Positions 28,012 through 47,425 of a stretch of 64,000 nt of DNA are shown here, one piece after another. Location: the NCBI RefSeq assembly GCF_009914755.1, contig NC_060939.1; one strand, given 5' to 3'. Each line of letters opens with the position of its first letter. Positions within the stretch are counted from its first letter, which is position 1. The translations under genes and the position numbers were made by a program. A model generated the notes under the pieces. It saw nothing but the letters and a program-made list of their open reading frames with translations. It was not told the DNA's origin and did not search any database. Source of the DNA: the human T2T-CHM13v2.0 reference genome, Homo sapiens.

Positions 28012-30127
28012 TCAAAAGCACTAGAAACCAAAGAAATACAATGAAAACAATGAGATTTTCTCCTTAAATATCAGCAAAGAGGACAAATGGAAGGGGGACA
28101 CTGGAGCTCTGCCCCTGTTGGGAGTATAAACTGAACCAATTTTTCTGCAGGATAATTTGAAAATTTCTATTAAAAATCTTAAAACTATTTTATGTTATTT
28201 TCCTCCAGAAATTCTACTTCTATGACTTCAGCCCCAAAATGCTTGCTTGCGTCCATTAAAATATATATATAAGAAAATTTACTTCTGGGGTGGCAATGAT
28301 TAACTTAATATACATCGAGCTTTTAAGAAGATGATGCCAAGGATATATTTACTGCCATAGAAATATGCCCAAAACATAGTGACAAAAGACTATATATTAC
28401 GATTCTACTTTTTAAAATGTTCATATGCATAAAAAAATATAAAAAGCAACAAACCAGAATGCTTTCAGTGGCAAAATTAAAGACTTTTCTTCATATTTTG
28501 TCTTCCAAATTATTACAAAAAGAAAGCAATTTTCTTTATAATCAGGGAGAAGTAGTATTTTCATTTATTTACATATAAATTTCTTTTCTTTTCCTTATTT
28601 TTTCTCATGTATGTATCACATGTACCCTAGAGAGCTTGAATCCCTACCTCTTGAGGTAAATCAGACCATTTCCATCTCTATCAACTTGCCTTTTTTGGAC
28701 ATTTCAAATCAATGGAATTATACAATATGTGGTCTCATGTCTGGCTTTTTTACTTAGCTAATGTTTTTGAGGTTGGTCCATGACATATAACAGGTTTTGG
28801 TAGTTTGTTCCTTTCATTACTGAGTAGAAGTCCATTGATGGATATATACCACATTTTGTCAGCAGAGAACATTTAAACTTTACTTTCAACTTCCCGTGGT
28901 CTAAATGAAACCGCTGGAACACAGGACTTAACAGCGAAAGCTGCTGTGCATGTCAAAATAACTACTTATCAGAACCAGCTTTGTCATCAGGAGCCTGAAC
29001 TGCTGCAGAAATTTTTATCATTTTGCAACTTCCTTTTTACAAGCAGCTTTTGTGCTACTACACATCAGGACTTTTGAAGCATCTGATACATCCATCTAAT
29101 AAGTATGAGCATGTGTCTGAGTGGACAAGTAAAACCATCTATGCTACACTGCATATTTTTTCCTCCCCCAGACTGGACCAGGGAATCTCTCAACTTTCTA
29201 GAGTATCCTGTCTCCATTGACAAAGCTGAACAGTATTAAAGATCCTGCTGCCTTTGTTAGGCAGATTTGGAAGGGAGGCCCAACAGCAAGGGTGGGGAGG
29301 AAAAAGAGAGGGGAGCTTGTGGAACAGGAAGCCCCCTGGGGTCTGCGCATGGCTCCCAGCTGTTGAGGATGTTGTGGATGGGGAAGTGCTGATGGCGTCC
29401 CGAGGCAAGCCTAGCACCTGCACTGGGCCCAGAAGGTCTTGACTTTGGCCCCTTACCCACGTTCCAGAAGTGTTTACAAGCTGGTTTTGCTTTTCTTCTT
29501 TTCCTAAATAATCATTACTTGGTAGTTAGTTATTAACCTTTCTTTGGGAGAGAGATGGGGCTTTAAAACTGAAGAACATAATTTTCATTCAAATATCAAA
29601 AATGGAAAAAAGTTACTTTATAAACAATTTGCTAAACAAACCAAATGGCAGCTGTTGAGAATCTCAATAAAATGTTAAATGCATTTGCTGCTGTTAGAAG
29701 AAATACAGAAAAAAATTTTTTAAATAAAGAAAAAAATGCATTTGCTGGCAGTGGTACCATTTTGCCCAAGGTTGGATTGCTGTGCCATCATACTGTGGTG
29801 GGGGGTATATGTGGTGTATACGTGTGAAACTTTTCATCTCAGGATGGATCATAATGTGAGCTGCAGTTGTCCTTCCAAATAGGGTTACAAAGTAGTAAAA
29901 CATGGGCTTGGAAGTGACAGACCTGAGTGAATCAGCCAAGCTTAAAGGAAATAATAAAAAATTATTAAAAACTAACTTTTAATAATCCTGAGGTTGGTTT
30001 TTGAAACGATACAATGATTTACTCTAAGCATCTGGTTATGATTTTCAATTAGTAATACATACTGTCTCGACCCTTTTTTTTTTTTATGGAAACAGAGGTT
30101 TCACCCAGAAAACCCCAAAACAGTGAC

Positions 30128-30620
30128 TTTTTTTTTTTTAAGACAGGGTGTCACTCTGTCACCCAGGCTACAGTGGAGTGGTGGATCTCAGCTCACTGCA
30201 GCCTCGACCTCCCACCTCAGCCTCCCGAGTAGCTGGGACCACAGACACCACCGTGCCTGGCTAATTATTGTATTTTGTGTACAGATGGGGTTTTGCCATG
30301 TTGCCCAGGGTGGTCTCAAACTTCTAGGCTCAAGCCATTCACCCACTTCAGCCTCCCAAAATGCTGTGTGTACAGGTGCGAGCCACTGTGCCCAACCTGC
30401 AGTGACTTTTTAAAACATAAGTTCAAGCATCTCTTCTTAACTCCTTTAATTGGAGGTATCTCTTCTCTCATTCTCCTCATCTTTGGTGTTCCCCCAGAGT
30501 TCACTGCTGTCCGGATGTACAACATATATTTCAAAGTCAAGGCTGGGCTGGGTGCAGTGGCTCACGCCTATAATCGCAGCACTTTGGGAGTCCAAGGCAG
30601 GCAGATCGCTTGAGTTCAGG
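30128..30620. mobile_element. AluJ (-, 30128-30398) and Alu left-arm fragment (+, 30545-30620)
   Basis: Alu consensus motifs. The fragment marks the switch from AT-rich to GC-rich sequence. Confidence 0.85.
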
Positions 30621-33600
30621 CAAGGTAAGGCAGGCTCCCAAGGCAGAGACTGAGGCTGACCCCTGCAGCCCCCTACTGCAGGGGGGGAACACCGGGATAG
30701 GCAAGGGTCTTAACCTAGAAAGCTCCAGCAGTTCCTGGGCCCATTAAGACACCATTGAGGCTTGGCGGTGGTGGAACCCAGGAATGGTCTTTGAACCCAC
30801 CACTTGGAAGGGGAGTCAAGGATAGTCCTGGCCCAAAGGCTCCCCTACCTGCAGGCAGTGTGGAGGCCCAGTGAGTGGACCCCAGGAGCCCAGACCATGA
30901 GCTTACGTGGCCAAAGACAGCAGCCAGCACCAAGACACCAAAGAGGGTGGGTAGAAAGATCTTCACATCGGGGTTGACTGCGGCCGGCACCAGGTTCCTC
31001 TGTACTTCTGGAACACACAGGCCTCTCCTTCCTATCCTTGAAGTGCCCCTGCCCCTACCCCAGCACCCTGAAGACCAGCCCAATATATGCATTTGTCCTG
31101 GGTCAGCCCCACTGTCCAAGCAACTGCAGTTTCTCACTAGAGAGCCAGGGCAGGGCAGGGTATAGGAGGGGTCCCTTGAAGATGCCACCCGGAATGCCCT
31201 GATGCCTAAAACGTTCCCCGTTGGGCCTTCTCAGGGAGGGAGCGTTAAGACAGCCTTGTTCTCTCCAGCTACCTCCATCACCACTGGAGCCCTTACAGGC
31301 ATCAGGGGAGAGAATTGGCTCAATGGAGCCAGGACCAGCATGGACACAGCCCTGGGGCTGAGGCTAAGTGGGCTCTGGGAGACCGTCACTCTCTCTTCAA
31401 GCTTTGGTCTCCTGGCCCTCTACAAGCCAGGCTGTTTCAGGCTTTGCGTTAGGCCTTGCTCAGAGACAGAGTTGAAACACAGCTGGTGGACACAGTGGGC
31501 TTTAGGGAGGGGGCACGTACCTGGGGGTGGGGGCTGGGTAACAGGGAACGGAGGCCCTGGGGCTAGCATGGCCTGTCTGGAGGTGGCACAATGGGACCTG
31601 CACCAAATGAGGACAGAGGGTCCACCTGGAAGAGTGGACCAGCCAGATGGCCACCAAGCTGGATGGCCACCGCCAGAGCCTGCAGGACAGCAGAGGGGGC
31701 TGGAAAAGGACAGAGGACAGCTGAGGGGCAGGGAATGTGGGTTCCTCCATACAGACACGAGTCTTCCCTAAGTGGATCTTCCCCGTGGGGGTGAGGGGGC
31801 ATTCAAGACACACCTCCAGCCCACCTCAAACCATCTCAGGAGGCCACCACCAACTCACACTGGCCAGTTGCATTGTCACAGTGACCCCAGAACAGCACAG
31901 CCCTGTCCTTCAGATAAATAAATGGAGAGAGTGACGCATATCACAGCCAGGAGCTGGGACTCAGACCCAGGTCCAGCTGCAGTGCTGCCTCAATGGCTCC
32001 GCCTGCACCTCCTCCGGGACTCAGTTCCTGCTAACAAGTGAACACTTGAGTATGGGTGAACTAGGTGCTATTATCCCTTCTGGCTGCTGGGGAAAGGGAA
32101 GCAAGGCACAGATGACTTGCCCAAGGCCAATGTATCATGGCTGGTTCAACCCCATCTGTCTCAGCCAGCACATCCCCATGGCAGAGGCTTTACTGTGATC
32201 CAAACCCCGAAAGTGGAACTCCTTCCACTGTCCCACCCAGGGCACAGAGCATGCAGCCCTATGTTTGGGGAGGTGACTGGGTGGAGAGGTGACAGTGTGG
32301 GAAACAATCTGGCTAGGCCAAGGCCTCATGGAGCCCAGGGTTCCCTAGGGCCAGGAGAGCTCTGGAGCCCACCCCGACACCCATTGGAAACCTGGAATCC
32401 ACACCTGCAGGAGATCAGGAGAGGGGTTCAGCCTCTGATGCACCTGCAGCAAGGTGAGACAGGCACAGGTGGGCGCCCTGCTTCCAACCAGCATCAGGAG
32501 GGCAGGAAGCAGATCTCCTGCCTGACCTTCCTCTCCTGCCTCCCCCAAGCACAGAAGAAGGGGCAGCCGCCCATCAGGCCATTGCCTAGATTGAAGCCAC
32601 TGAAGCCAGGTCCCAACAGGTGAGTGTGACCCCTTGACTATCCCAGGCCTGGCCCAAGGCAGTCATGTCTCTGGTGAGGACCTGGTAGACAGGAGATGTG
32701 ATGTCCCCAAGTGGCTCTATAAACCTCTTGAGGATAATCAAGGAAATGGGCAAGACCATCACGCTTAGCCAAGAACCTGGCAGGCACGAGGGGGAACAGG
32801 GGCAGGTAAAAGTCAGTTTGGGTTCAGGCCTGGCCCCTGGAAGGATAGTGGATGAAGGGCCAGCCACGGTGAAGGGGAATGGATGGCCACGGGCTGGGTG
32901 GTCAGGACTGTCAGCTCCTGCAGCCCCTGCAGAACATCCGCCCAGGCCTGGCTCTGCGCTCAGCCTTCTGCCTGGAGCCACAGGTGCCTGGACACCAGCC
33001 TCAAGTAGGGATGGTGGTAGGAAAGGCACTTATGGCCACACGTGGGCACCTAAGCATGGGACAGAGGGGTACCATGCCCTAAAGAAACCATAGAGGCCAA
33101 GAGCTTAAGCAGGTCTGACACCATCAATAAATCCCCTTGTCCTGGGTCACATCAATTAAGTCAGAGCCTACCCTGACCCTGAAGCTGCAGCTCAGTCTGG
33201 TTGAGACTCACAAAGAGACGTTAGTGCTGGTCAGGGGGCCTGGCCCAGCCTGCGATGTCCAGCAAAGCTGTGGGCTGGACAAGAATCTCTGAAGATTAGT
33301 CCAGGACAAGAAGAGCTGTGTCTGGGCAGGGAGTGGGGGCAATGCCCAGGGGGCAGGAGACCTGAGGACCTTTAGGTAGGGTGCCAGGTCAGGACGTGCA
33401 GAAGAGAAGGTGGCACGGCAGCTGCCCGAGGCCAGGCTATAAACCTTGGGGCCACCGTGTCTACCCCAAACCATGCTGCCACCTAGATGCCATCCTTCAA
33501 ATGTGAGGCTGGGCTGGGAGAGCCCCCAGACCCTTCATCCCTTTCGCCCCAAGCTGCTTCCCATCCCTCACCAGAAGGAAAGTGAACTCTTCTATGGGGC

Positions 33601-34053
33601 ACAGCCTGCCAGGTTCCCTATCACCTGGTGGAAGGGGCAGGTGGGAGGGGGAGCTTCAGCTGGGTGAGAAAGAACCCAGGTCTCACTCTGTCCCTACCTG
33701 ACAGATGACCTCAGGCAAAATGCTTTCTTTGCCTGGGGCCAAGGAGAGTCACAGGGGAAAGGCCAGGTTAAGAGGGCTCCACCCTGGAGCTCAGAGCTAC
33801 CCACAGAGAAAACCTCCCATCCTCCCAATTCTGCTCCCAGCTCACACTGCTGGGATAACATCCTCCCCATCAGAGAGGCTGTGGGAGGTAGAGGCTGACC
33901 CCTGCTCCTTCAGGCACCTCAGCGGGTTTTGGTCCGCCTTCATCATGATCAGGGAGTGGGTCCCTGGGATCATAAAGGTGAGGGGCAGCTTCTTGGGCTC
34001 CAGGTGCTCCAAGGTAGACCCTGCAGGGCACCAGAGCTAGAAGGGTGTTAGGG

Positions 34054-34275
34054 AGGCCGAGTGCAGTGGCTCAGGCCTGTAATCTCAACACTTTGAAAGG
34101 CTGAGGTGGGTGGATCACGAGGTCAGGAGATCAAGACCGTCCTGGCTAACACAGTGAAACCCCATCTCTACTAAAACTACAAAAAATTAGCCGGGCATGG
34201 TGGCATGTGCCTGTAGTCCCAGCTCCTCGGGAGGCTGAGGCAGGAGAATCACTTGAACCCAGGAGGCAGAGGTTG
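34054..34275 (+). mobile_element. 3'-truncated Alu
   Basis: Alu sequence ends abruptly after GAGGTTG. Confidence 0.9.
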
Positions 34276-34913
34276 AGCAGGGCTAGGACCTGAGCTCTGC
34301 CTGGTCATGGTGACTCTGAGCCAGGTAACACTACGTTAGTCTCGGTCTGTCACTGTGTCTCACGGGGGATGTTAGCATTACCTTTGGAGTTAAAGTAGGT
34401 AAGCCAGGGTAACCAGAGGTCCCAGCAGGGACCAAGACCAAAGGGTGCAGGGGTTGTGCCTGTCCAGAAGGTCAGGCTGGACGAGGGGCTCCATGAAGTT
34501 GGGGCAGCTGAGGGCCTGCCCTTCAGGTTACAGGCATGTGGGTCCTGGTCTAGACCCCCATATGCCATCCAAAGACCCAACCCTAGGGACAATTCCTCCT
34601 AGGCTGGTAGCAGAGAGTCAATCCTTGTACTCACCCTACCAAAAGCTCTGAAATGAGGGGCCCTATGGGTGGGGGAAAGACTCTTCAGAAAAAGGTTCTC
34701 AGGGGCAGGGAAGGTTTGAGCTGGGCCTTAGGGCAGCCAGAGAGGTAGGTGACAGGTCCCCTCACAAAGCCTGCCAAACAATGCAGGAGGAACACAGGTG
34801 TAGTGGTGGGAATGTTCTGGAAGACAGCAGGAAACCTCCCACTCACTGATGGGGCTGAGTGAGGTCAGGTCCACACACCAGTAGGTGGTGGCATCCACAC
34901 ACTGGTACACTTT

Positions 34914-35185
34914 GTTTCTTGTTTTAGAGACAGGGTCTTGCTCTGTTGCCCAGGCTGGAGTGTGGTGGTGCAATCATAGCTCACTGCAGCCTTGACCTCC
35001 TGGGTTCATGTGATCTTCCCACCTCAGCCATCTGAGTAGCTGGGACTACAGGCACATGCCACCATGCCTAATTTTATTTTGTTAGAGACAGGGTCTGGCA
35101 ATGTTGCCCAGGCTGGTCTCAAGCAATCTTTCCACTTCAGCCTCCCAAAACACTGAGACTACAAGAACAAGCCAGCACTCCTGGT
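34914..35185 (-). mobile_element. AluJ inserted into a SEA-domain coding exon
   Basis: J-type diagnostics (CAATCATAGCTCACTGCAGCC); diverged 16-bp TSD 34898-34913 / 35186-35201. Confidence 0.85.
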
Positions 35186-35509
35186 CATGCTGGTGGATTT
35201 TGGCTGCCATGGTGCACAGGAGGTATGAGCTTGGGGGCAGAGTCTGCTCCTGCACCTCTACCCAGGCCTGCACCCAGACTGACCCCTGGGCTGCAGGGAG
35301 CAGGTGTGGAGAGAACGCAGCAAGCAGAGCGGGCTAGCCCATGATGGAGACCCAGGCTGGGACTAGGAGAGATAGGGCTCCAACCCTCGGGCTAGTGGCC
35401 CTGCCCAACCCCATGGGGCCAAGATGACTTCCTAGGAAGCCAGGCATGGAAGCCAGCATGCACCTGAACTGAAGACGGAAGACTCTGATGAGAGGGAGGG
35501 GGAGGCCTC

Positions 35510-36515
<1,006 letters not shown>

Positions 36516-39500
36516 GTGTCCACTGGACGTGACACTCAGGGAAGGGCTGGTCTTGACTCTGCCGTTAACAGTCAGACTATGACAGAGTTGTTCCCCTGCT
36601 CTGCCTCAGTTTGTCCTCTCTCAGCTGAGCAGGGCAGGGATAATTGCTTCTCATGTGGGCCACAGGACAAAACAAAGCCCTGAGTCCCACAGGAAGGTAG
36701 GTGGGCTATGTCCAAAGGAAGACAGACCTGGGGCAGAATTTTATGTTCCCAGGGTGGCAGAGGGACATGGAGAAGACGCCTCCTTCGTGGGCAAAGGAGA
36801 AGGGAAGATGAGCAGAGAGGCGCCAGACACCCGCCTCGCCCCCACCTCCCCCACCCCACACCAGGCCCATTCCCACTCAGCCCCCAACTCAGGCTGCACC
36901 ATTCCCCTTACGGTCAGCGTGACTTCCCGGCCAAGCTGACAGAAGCTGACAGCTTGGATTCATCAGAGACAGCACGTAGCGTAGATGATATGCAGGACGG
37001 AAGTGGAGAGGGGACATGGGAGCCGTGGTGTCAGGTCTGGGGCTGCCAACATGGTACCTGCCCTGGCTGGTCCTCCCTGCCAGATGTGGCCTCTAATTCT
37101 AAGGTCTCTGAGTTCCAGGCCAGGACTGGAGCCAGACTCCCCTTGGGGACAGGGGACACAGTCCACATAGACATCACCTGGGTTTTGGGCAAAGCCAGCT
37201 GGACAAATGAATGAAAGGGGCCCTGCTGGAGGGTAAAACTGGGCCTGGACTACTCAGACCTGCCTCTGGGACAGCACGGTCCCATCCTTCCAGTCAGACT
37301 CCTGAGCTGGAAGCCCACCCAGCCAGGGAGTGGGGAAGGGGTGGCCTGCAGTCTCCCTTGAGTCTGTAGCCCCTCCCACCCACGGGAGCTCCATAAAAAA
37401 AGATGCAGAAACACCACGTGCTCCTCCCAGCTGCTGGCTGCTTCCTGGCATGGCCTCCAGGACCCTGGATGAGTCAAGACGGGGCTGCCAGCAGCTGGGG
37501 GCAGGGGGTAGCTGGGTCCCCAGGGTGGATGCCTAGCAGGAACATGCAGGCGTGGCAAGTGATGGGCCCTCAGGGCTGAGCCCCTTCTGCCCAGGGGACC
37601 TTGGTGACACACCTGCTGCTGAGCTCAGCCCAAGGAGTAAGAGCCTGGTGCCAAGTAGTCTCTCTGCTTGCGAAGACAGTCCTGGGATCGTTACCCCTCT
37701 GCCCAGGGCTCGAGTATCCAGGCTGGGGAAGGGCCAGCAGTCAGAAAGAAGGGGCCCGTGGGTGTGGGTCCCCCAGCAGTCAGGGGCCTTGGTGGACCAA
37801 GCCCCTATGAGGGGCATGAGGGGGAAGGGAGACTGAGCTGTACCCCCTACCCTGAGATCTGTGGTACCAGGCTCCAGAGGGGGCCCCGGGGGGAGACCAG
37901 CATGACAGGAACTGCTACGATGCCTCTAGGCACCTACTCTGCAGGGCTGGGCCAGCCTGAGATTGGCAGCAGAGGGGTGGGCCAGGCACCACCAGGAATG
38001 AAGCTTCGTTTGGTAGAGCTGTGACCCTCTTCATCCTCTCCTGACCCCCAGCTGACCCTCGTCCTCAGATCTCTGCAGAACTTTGACCAAGTGGTGGTGG
38101 AGGAATTCCGGTGGGTCCAGCGTGGCCCTGGGTGACCCAGGGCTCAGACCAGCATTGTGGGGTTGAGGACAGGAGGCTGGAAAAGATGACCTCCCCTAGT
38201 CCCGCAAGGCTGCACAGCCCCCTGAAATCTGTGATAATCCTCTCAGCAGGCCGGACCCACTGACCGCCAGAGTGGGTGCCACCTTCTTCAGGGTGGCGCC
38301 AGCCCAGGCCGTCGTGTGGGACTGTGCACGCCAGGGCCTGCACACCCTGTGGGAGGCAGAGGGCGTCTTGGTAGACACGGTCATCACCTCCTTCCCTCTG
38401 CAGGCCCGCCTCCCTCTGTTCCTCTGCCTCCTCCCTTGGGCTCGCTGCCTCCACATGCCCTGATCTGAAGCCTGCCTCCCCTCCTCATGGAGCCCTCCAA
38501 GGTGCTCCTAGTCCCAGCTCTCTGGTCCCGCAGCAGCTTCTGGGCCCAGATTCTGTCTTCTTAGAAGTCTGGGAGGCAAAGCCCCGCCAGGCCATGGCCT
38601 TCTTGCTCTGCTCTAGGCACTCCCAGCCCCAAAGCCTCCAGCCTGCTGGATGCCTTTATCTCCAGCTATGCTGTGGCTCTCCTCATCCTGGGCCTCCTGC
38701 TCGTCACAGTTGCCCTTGTCCTGGTGAGTGTCTGGCTGGGCCAGGTCTCCTTCCTGAGTCGCAGGCTGAACCTTTGACGCCTTGAACCTTTGAGCCAAGC
38801 TGAGGGGTGAGCGGGCCCCTTTACACCCTTGATTCCCCCATCCAAGCTCAGCGTCTCCTCATCCTCCAGCTGGGGCCGTGGGATTTGGGGCCAGAGGGTT
38901 GGGCCTGATCCCAGTGTCCCCGCCCTTCTTGTCAAAGTGCTAAACTTGAGGGCATGCCTTGGGTGCTGACTTTCCCAGGAACTCACAGCCAGAGAGGGCC
39001 AGGCACCAGCCTGAGGTCACACAGCCATGGGCTTCTTCCTTCCTAGACCCACAAGGATTGGACTTGCAGGGCTGGGACAAATGTGGGGTGGGAGAAAACA
39101 ATGCCTTGTCAACCCACGCAGGGAGCCCCACTCCCATCCCCAAGGTGCATAAAGTTGAGGAACACCCCTGCTCCCACGTCCATGCTCACTCAGGGCCCTG
39201 CTCCAAGTGCTTGGCACTCACACCAGCCTCCTGCCCTCCATGCTACAGGTATCGGTCTCATTTACAGACGGGGAAATGGTGGCCAAAAGCCTCCCCCAGC
39301 ACACACAGCTAGACCACACAGAGGTCTTAGGTGCAGCTGAGGGGTCCACAGTCTCTGCTGTCCCTTCTGCCACTCGTGCTGCCAGGGACCACGCTTTGGA
39401 GAGGGAGGAATGAGAGTGAGCTGGGTGCTCACACATGGGGCACGGGGGACTAAGGAAGGGTCAGCCAGGAGGAAAGGGCAAGGTCTGATCCTGTACGTAC

Positions 39501-39629
39501 ACATCACAGAGCGCGCGGGGTCAGGAGACCGAGGGCCACGTCCCGGCTCTGCGGCTGCTCGGTATGTGACTGCGGTTAAATTGTCTCCCTGGACTCTCCA
39601 CGCACTTTGTGTGCTGCGTGCACCTTCTA

Positions 39630-42870
<3,241 letters not shown>

Positions 42871-43624
42871 GCCTCTGGGAGGGCGGGGCCTGCTCGAGTG
42901 AGGCCGGAAGCGGACCGCAGCCCGCTGGAGGTGCCGGGGGCGAAATGCTGGCGTCTCCTCCTCCGTCTCCCAGAATCCTTCCCTGGAAAAAAACAGCATC
43001 CACCGTCAGTTTAACTGAGGACCGAATTAAGGCATTAGGAAAGACAGTGGAAGTTATTTCATTTGTTTAACTTAAGGGGGTAGGATCCCGGGAGCCAGGG
43101 GGATTCAGGTCATTGTCATGTTTTCCACTGTTAAGCGAATAGCATTATACACAGCTGCGGACTGTGGCAAAAGACATTTTAAAAACTATTGAAGTCTACT
43201 ACACATACAGAAAATTGTACCTATTAGAAATATAAAGCTTAATAAGTTTTCATCAACTGTACACCTCACATAACCAGCACCCAGATAAGGAAATAACCAG
43301 ATAACTTCTTCAAGCGCATGGGTATTTTATTTCATTTTGATGAATCGTCTAGGTGCCTAACAAAAAGGGCTGTCATAATTAACATGCTCAGGAAACCTCC
43401 CTACAGCTTCAACATCAACAGATGCTTAATTTTTGCCAATCTGATGGGGAAAAAAATCGGTTGCTTAGGTTGCAGTGGTAGTCTGCTTACTGGTAGCTCT
43501 GAGCTAATGGTAGCCTGGAACAACTAAGTTTCCGACATTGACTTGCAGAGGCAAAAACAAAAAGACAAAACAACAACAAAAATACATCAGAGAATAAACT
43601 AATAACCAAAGAAGAAACTGAAGA

Positions 43625-43929
43625 CAGTCATCCCTTAGTAACTTCAGGATATTGGTTCCGGGACCCCAGAGATACCAAAATTCACTGATGCTCAAGGCCC
43701 TGATATAATATGGCATAGTATTTGCATATAACCTATGCACATCCTTCCGTATATTTTAAATCATCTCTAGATTACTATAATACCTAATACAATGTAAGTG
43801 CTTTGTAAGTACCTGTTATAAAGTATTTATAACTTTTTGCTTTTTATTGTTTTACTTTTTCCAAATATTTTTGATGCACAGTTGGTTAAATCCAAGGATC
43901 TTGAACCCGAGGATGCAGAGGGCTGACCG
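43625..43929 (+). mobile_element. MER2 (Tigger-family) DNA transposon
   Basis: CAGTCATCCCT..TTGGTTCC..GATACCAAAA..ATGCTCAAG..TTTGCATATAACCT..GAGGGCTGAC. Confidence 0.85.
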
Positions 43930-44197
43930 TAGTTTGAACTCTCTCCTCAATTCCATGCCTATCCCATGCACCAGGTGCAGCTGGTTTTATTGCTGCAGGC
44001 TTTCAAGTTTTCAAAAGACAGCTCATGGCAAGTAAACTGCTCTATAGAATAGAAAGAAATGGAAAGTGTCCCAATTCATGGTAAAATTGAGCTCATTTCT
44101 GAAGAGTTCTTTTACAAATCATAAGCACTAGCCTGTTGAAAACCACAGTATGTTAAGTTACTAGACTATCCTATACCATGTCAAAGAAAAACTTTAA

Positions 44198-47425
<3,228 letters not shown>

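Noticed and set aside
38065-38456. Exon-like block GVQALACTVPHDGLGWRHPEEGG; considered NEIL1 or COMMD4 exon 7
   Set aside because: Matches neither protein as I know them; identity unresolved.
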